Assembly (NCBI GenBank): GCA_051748045.1
Contig: JBNJGY010000002.1
Span: 23,498 to 87,497 of the forward strand
Length of the DNA stretch: 64,000 nt
Source of the DNA: Thermotogota bacterium
Lineage (GTDB): Bacteria > Thermotogota > Thermotogae > Petrotogales > Petrotogaceae
Direction of reading: 5' to 3'
Position numbers and translations under genes: made by a program. The number at the start of each line of letters is the position of its first letter. Position 1 is the stretch's first letter. Below the pieces are notes generated by a model. That model was not told where the DNA came from, ran no database searches, and saw nothing but the letters and a program-made list of their open reading frames with translations. Of the stretch, positions 59,269 to 64,000 are shown in pieces.

Positions 59269-60300
59269 ATGAAAAAAATATTTTTAATTGGTTATTATGG
59301 TTTTAAAAATTATGGAGACGATTTATTATTCAAAACCTTAATTAAAGTTTTTGAAGAAATAGATTTCAAAGGTAAAATAGTTATTCCAGCAGAAGAGTTG
59401 CCAGATTATAATTCAAACAACAATTTTTTCATAGAAAAAATCAATAGGTATGATATATTGAACATCAATCATCATATTAAAAGTTCAGATCTAGTTATTT
59501 ATGGTGGGGGTAATTTATTCCAAACAGAAACATCTTTAAAAAGTTTTTTTTATTATTTTCATATTGCTAAACAAGCAATAAAAAACAATAAAAAATTGCT
59601 TTTTTTATCACAAGGATTTGGACCAGTAAAAAATAAAATAGCAAAACCAAGATTAAAAAAAGTTGTAAATTATGAAAATTTAATTGGAGTATATAGAGAT
59701 GATACATCTTATAAATATGCTAAAAATTTTAATAAAAACTCATATTTAGGCGTTGACATAGGTCCTTACTATTTTAATGATACCCCTATTAAGAAAAAAA
59801 ATAAAATATCTTTATGTTTGAAAAATGAATACTACGACATAAAGAATTTAATAAATTTTTTATCAATATTTAATGATTACGAAGTTTCCACTCTTGTGAT
59901 TAACTCAAATCAAGATGCAATTATGAACTATTATATGGTAGAAGAGATAAGAGAGAAAACAGATTTAAATGCTGTTTTCCCTTTTAAAGATTTCGAAAAA
60001 ATTATAGAAGAAATTAAAAGTTCAAAGATTGTTATATCAGATAGATTGCATTCATCTATTACAGCTGCTTATTTTGAAAGTGAGTTTTTTACTTATAATA
60101 GTTCTAAAAATAAAAGGGTTTTAAAAACTATTGACAAAAGTTATGATTTTTTTTATAGGGATCTTATGGATATACCATTCCTTTTTTCAGATAAAGAAGC
60201 TAAAAATTATAATTTTAATGAGTATGGGAAAATATATAAAAATAAGTTAGAAGAATCAATAATTATGACAAAAGAAATTATTCAAAACGCCTTACTATAA
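59269..60300 (+). CDS. csaB: Polysaccharide pyruvyl transferase (CsaB-like)
   Basis: GYYGFKNYGDD, GGGNLFQ, QGFGP, RD, DRLHS. Confidence 0.8.
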   Translation: MKKIFLIGYYGFKNYGDDLLFKTLIKVFEEIDFKGKIVIPAEELPDYNSNNNFFIEKINRYDILNINHHIKSSDLVIYGGGNLFQTETSLKSFFYYFHIAKQAIKNNKKLLFLSQGFGPVKNKIAKPRLKKVVNYENLIGVYRDDTSYKYAKNFNKNSYLGVDIGPYYFNDTPIKKKNKISLCLKNEYYDIKNLINFLSIFNDYEVSTLVINSNQDAIMNYYMVEEIREKTDLNAVFPFKDFEKIIEEIKSSKIVISDRLHSSITAAYFESEFFTYNSSKNKRVLKTIDKSYDFFYRDLMDIPFLFSDKEAKNYNFNEYGKIYKNKLEESIIMTKEIIQNALL

Positions 60301-61306
60301 GCAATTTTCTATCTTCAGTACTCAAAATTAAAACTACATTATTATCTGGTGCTTCAATATCTATTGGATATTTTCCCACTGACAATTCTTGGTATATTTT
60401 TTTGTCTTTTATTACATACAGTTTGTTTTCGATGTGTGAAATAGCATAGATATATTCTTTGTTAGGAGAAATAGCAAAATCTCTAATGGGAACATCTAAT
60501 AAGATTTCTTTTCTATTTTTTTCTATGTCATAAAGATATAACCCTGAATTTAAAGAATTGATCAAAAGTTTTTCTTTATAAACTTCCATATTAGTAGTAT
60601 AGTTATTAATGTGGATCAGGAATTCTTGCGTAGATAATAAATTTTTATAAATATTTCCTTCATAATAATTCAAAATATATTCAATTCCATCTTTCATTAC
60701 AATATCGATTGGATGCTTAATGTTTTTGTAATTTAATATGTAAGTATTGTTTGCTGGTTTTAAAAATAGGATATTGGAATTGAATTTTGAATTCTCGTAA
60801 TTTTCAATTAATGGTATATATAATTTTTTTTCATCTTTAATGATTAGAGGACTAACAACAGAGTGATTTATAGAATTTAATATGTTTAAATTACTATCTA
60901 ATATGTAAACTCTATTAGGGTTTGTTGAGGTTATATATATATTGCCTTCAAATAATTCAATATTTGTTGGCTTTGATTCTAATCTAATAGAGTCAATAAC
61001 TTTATCTTTTCTTAATTTATATACAGTTTTTGTGTAATTGTCAATAATGAAAAAGAAATGACCATCATAAATACCACCTAAAGGAATAACAGCATCCTTA
61101 AAAACAAATTTTTCTTCTGAATAAAAATCTATAATGTCAACTTGTCCATCGTAATCAGGTATTATCACATAATTCTGATTATAAGAAATATAATTAGTTC
61201 TGGTACCTACATCCTGCCTTCCAGTAATAATAAAAGTATCCTTTGGAAAAATAAGAGTCGTCATTAGTGCTAATATTATTGTAATTATAATTTTTTTAAG
61301 ATTTAT
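60278..61306 (-). CDS. Exported YncE-like beta-propeller protein (probable ATA start at 61306)
   Basis: Repeated blade motifs (SKPTNI, HPIDI, VGKYPIDI); upstream in-frame extension gives a signal peptide behind AAGGAGGT. Confidence 0.6.
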   Translation of the reverse strand: MNLKKIIITIILALMTTLIFPKDTFIITGRQDVGTRTNYISYNQNYVIIPDYDGQVDIIDFYSEEKFVFKDAVIPLGGIYDGHFFFIIDNYTKTVYKLRKDKVIDSIRLESKPTNIELFEGNIYITSTNPNRVYILDSNLNILNSINHSVVSPLIIKDEKKLYIPLIENYENSKFNSNILFLKPANNTYILNYKNIKHPIDIVMKDGIEYILNYYEGNIYKNLLSTQEFLIHINNYTTNMEVYKEKLLINSLNSGLYLYDIEKNRKEILLDVPIRDFAISPNKEYIYAISHIENKLYVIKDKKIYQELSVGKYPIDIEAPDNNVVLILSTEDRKLLIVRRFE

Positions 61307-61385
61307 AATAATACCTCCTTTTTAGAATTTCATCATTATTTTATCACATGACCATTAAAAAATAAATAATCAGCTAAAATAAGTT

Positions 61386-61414
61386 TTGTAAAATATAACT
61401 ATATGTAGTATAAT
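61386..61414 (+). promoter_or_regulatory. Sigma70 promoter of udk
   Basis: TTGTAA-17 nt-TATAAT. Confidence 0.6.
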
Positions 61415-61447
61415 ATGTCAGAAAAAGTCAAAAAGAGGTGAAGCTTA

Positions 61448-62074
61448 TTGGTCCTCGTTGCTATAGTTGGTGGAAGTGGTTCTGGGAAGACAAGTGTTAC
61501 GAAAAATATTGTAGATCATTTTGGTGAAAGAGCTTCAATGCTTAATATGGATGATTATTATAAAGATTTACCTCCACAGGTTAATCCATATGAATTTAAT
61601 TTTGATGATCCTAAAGCCTTTGATTTTTCACTTTTGAGAGATCATTTGAAAGCATTGAAAGAAGGCAAACAAATAGAAATGCCTGTTTATAATATGGTTA
61701 CATTCAGAAGAGAAGAGGGTGTTACTAGAACGTTTAAACCAAATGATTTAATTTTGGTAGAGGGTATATTTACTCTTCATGATGATAAAATAGCTAATAT
61801 GTTTGATTTTTCGGTTTATATCGATGCCCCTTCAGATGAAAGACTCATTAGAAGGATAGAAAGAGACACAATAGAAAGAGGAAGAACTGTTGAAAGCATT
61901 TTATCTCAATATAGAAAATTTGTTGCTCCATCCTTTAAATCATTTATAGAACCCCAAAAATTCAAATGTGATATAGTTTTACCAGAAGGTGTAAATAACA
62001 TAAAAGGAATGAATATTATAAAAAATGCAATAGAAAGGATGCTTGAAACAAAATCACAGGAGGGAGATCAATGA
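61448..62074 (+). CDS. udk: Uridine kinase
   Basis: GGSGSGKT, DDYYK, NFDDPKAFD, VEGI, RRIERD..ERGR, FIEP; TTG start. Confidence 0.95.
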   Translation: MVLVAIVGGSGSGKTSVTKNIVDHFGERASMLNMDDYYKDLPPQVNPYEFNFDDPKAFDFSLLRDHLKALKEGKQIEMPVYNMVTFRREEGVTRTFKPNDLILVEGIFTLHDDKIANMFDFSVYIDAPSDERLIRRIERDTIERGRTVESILSQYRKFVAPSFKSFIEPQKFKCDIVLPEGVNNIKGMNIIKNAIERMLETKSQEGDQ

Positions 62075-64000
62075 AAAAAAGTCTAATATTTTTGCTGATA
62101 ATATTAACAAGTATAGCCGCATTATCTTTTAATGTGAACAAGGTAAAAGATTTATATACATCTTTCATAGACGAATACTCTAATTTAGATGAATATATTT
62201 TAGAAGGAAGAGAAGGAGAATTAGAGGATTTTGCAACAAAATTAGATAATTTAGGTGCTTATAGATTCTACAGAAATATAATGATAGGAACAGCAGAATA
62301 CACAGATAGACCTTCTAATATACAAAGGTATTTATCAGATTTACATGGCTTATTAGAGTTTGAATCTCCAGAGGAAAGGTTGGCTTATGCGGGTTTTTTA
62401 GGATATATTCAATCTCAGTTATCAGGAGAAAGATTATCTAGAGAAACGATTAGATCCTTACCAGCTTATTTTACAACAGTTCAAGATTATAAGAACAATT
62501 TAGAAAATGATGCTTTAACATATATGGGGAATGTCGTTGCTTATGCTTTAGGAATATTTGATGAATCTCCATATAAAGATATAAAAAGATATGATTCTGA
62601 TGCAGAAATTTCTAATAAAGATTATTATTTCTACGAAGGAGAACCACAAGATAATTATGATGAAATAATAACAGAAAATAAAGAAACTTTAAATGAAGAA
62701 ATTCAGAAACTTTACGATGAAGAATTAACTGGCCAAGATTTAGAATTTGCAATTGATGATATTTCTTATATGTTTATAGGAGAAATAAATGATTTGGTTG
62801 ATCAACAAGTTCAAGAATCTTTAAATATGTTTGTTGAGGAAGGCGATAAGGCATTTGCTTTTGGCAATTTTAGATGGCTAATATATTTAGTGGTTATTCT
62901 TTTGGTTTTCTTTATGTTTAGAAAATTATTAACTCCAGTATTTTTAGCTATATATTCTTTTGAAATTATTTATTTAATTTTTATATTCAATCCGATACAA
63001 GATTTAATAAGTTCTTTTATTTATGGTTCTTATGTTATATTAGCAACTGCAATCTTTTTTATAGCTTCATTATTAAAAGCTTTTGGAAGAGATGTTCATA
63101 TATATGAGAGGTTTAAAAATATTGTAGTTTTCATTTCTATAATATTGATTATTACTTTACCAACATATTCATTTTATGATTTAATGATGCAGAATAACTC
63201 AGAGTTTAAAGATTCAGTATTTGAGAATCAGCTATTAAATGACACTATTGTTTATAGTCATTCTCCTTCTCAAAGAACAATAAATTCTTTGAAATCTGAT
63301 TTAGGTACTGAATATTCTGCAATTAGAGATATTTATAATTCAGAATTTAGAAACTTTCTTGAAGCATCATTTGAAAATAATATTTATCAAGAAATTTATG
63401 CTGATGATTTAGAAATAGATGTGATTATTAATAGAGAGGGTTTAAGCTATAAAAATGTAGATGATTATAGAAGCTCTGCTAATTCATATGCTAACTCTAT
63501 AAATGAAGTCCTTGACAGCGCAGAATTGAGAATTAGTAGAATTGAAGGGAATTTTAGTGCTTTAGAAGTAAATATTGAGAATGTTTTGAAATATTCAAGT
63601 GACGGATTCGAACAAAAATTTAAGAATCAAGTGGAAAATTTTTTTGAAACAAGTTCTGTTTTAAAAGATATTGATATTAGTTCTTATTTTAATGTAGAAA
63701 AACTTGAAAGCATAGATCTAAAATTATATAATACAGTTTATGGAACAATTATATTAGTTATCTTTTTATTTTCTCTACTATTATATGTTATCTTTGAAAA
63801 CAAAATTATAAAAATATTTACTACTGTAGGTATGGTAATAGCTTCGATTATGGCATTTATTACCCCTCAAATAATTACTGTTATACCTCAGTTAAAATAT
63901 CCATTATTGTATTCAGAAGATTATTCTGTTAATATGATAATAGGAGGATTAATGTTATTAATAACTATTTTAATTCAAATAAAAAAAGAAAAAGATCTCA
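62071..64000 (+). CDS. Large polytopic membrane protein of unknown function (3' end outside window)
   Basis: ATG overlaps the udk stop after AGGAGG; frame appears open to the window end (about 643 codons; absent from the ORF track); signal peptide, two acidic soluble domains, TM clusters. Confidence 0.75.
   Translation, partial: MKKSLIFLLIILTSIAALSFNVNKVKDLYTSFIDEYSNLDEYILEGREGELEDFATKLDNLGAYRFYRNIMIGTAEYTDRPSNIQRYLSDLHGLLEFESPEERLAYAGFLGYIQSQLSGERLSRETIRSLPAYFTTVQDYKNNLENDALTYMGNVVAYALGIFDESPYKDIKRYDSDAEISNKDYYFYEGEPQDNYDEIITENKETLNEEIQKLYDEELTGQDLEFAIDDISYMFIGEINDLVDQQVQESLNMFVEEGDKAFAFGNFRWLIYLVVILLVFFMFRKLLTPVFLAIYSFEIIYLIFIFNPIQDLISSFIYGSYVILATAIFFIASLLKAFGRDVHIYERFKNIVVFISIILIITLPTYSFYDLMMQNNSEFKDSVFENQLLNDTIVYSHSPSQRTINSLKSDLGTEYSAIRDIYNSEFRNFLEASFENNIYQEIYADDLEIDVIINREGLSYKNVDDYRSSANSYANSINEVLDSAELRISRIEGNFSALEVNIENVLKYSSDGFEQKFKNQVENFFETSSVLKDIDISSYFNVEKLESIDLKLYNTVYGTIILVIFLFSLLLYVIFENKIIKIFTTVGMVIASIMAFITPQIITVIPQLKYPLLYSEDYSVNMIIGGLMLLITILIQIKKEKDL

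Overview
Very AT-rich, gene-dense core chromosome from an anaerobic diderm bacterium. Gene content and order (metG-gyrA-lexA-STAS-rpiB, short EF-Ts, tRNA-Arg(GCG), BamA plus CsaB, hfs-type [FeFe]-hydrogenase operon) point to Thermotogota, probably Petrotogales; this is an inference. The window has about 55 CDSs, 5 tRNAs, a cobalamin riboswitch (btuFCD), a guanine riboswitch (NCS2 permease) and a probable ~100-bp IS3-family remnant. No CRISPR array, prophage or intact transposase was seen. Most notable: (1) two adjacent, full-length but apparently catalytically dead enzymes, an HDAC/APAH-fold protein with all three Zn ligands changed to Asn and an AroB-fold protein lacking its NAD/Zn motifs, followed by SPOR and ComEA genes; (2) an hfs-like hydrogenase operon whose sensory hydrogenase is reduced to a PAS domain plus the conserved HydS tail, with no H-cluster domain; (3) a DRTGG/CBS-kinase/DRTGG/PHP/HATPase cassette detached from any hydrogenase; (4) a LysM-degenerate M23-3D cell-wall protein; (5) a probable ATA start codon. 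All calls come from motif recognition by eye; no database searches were run.
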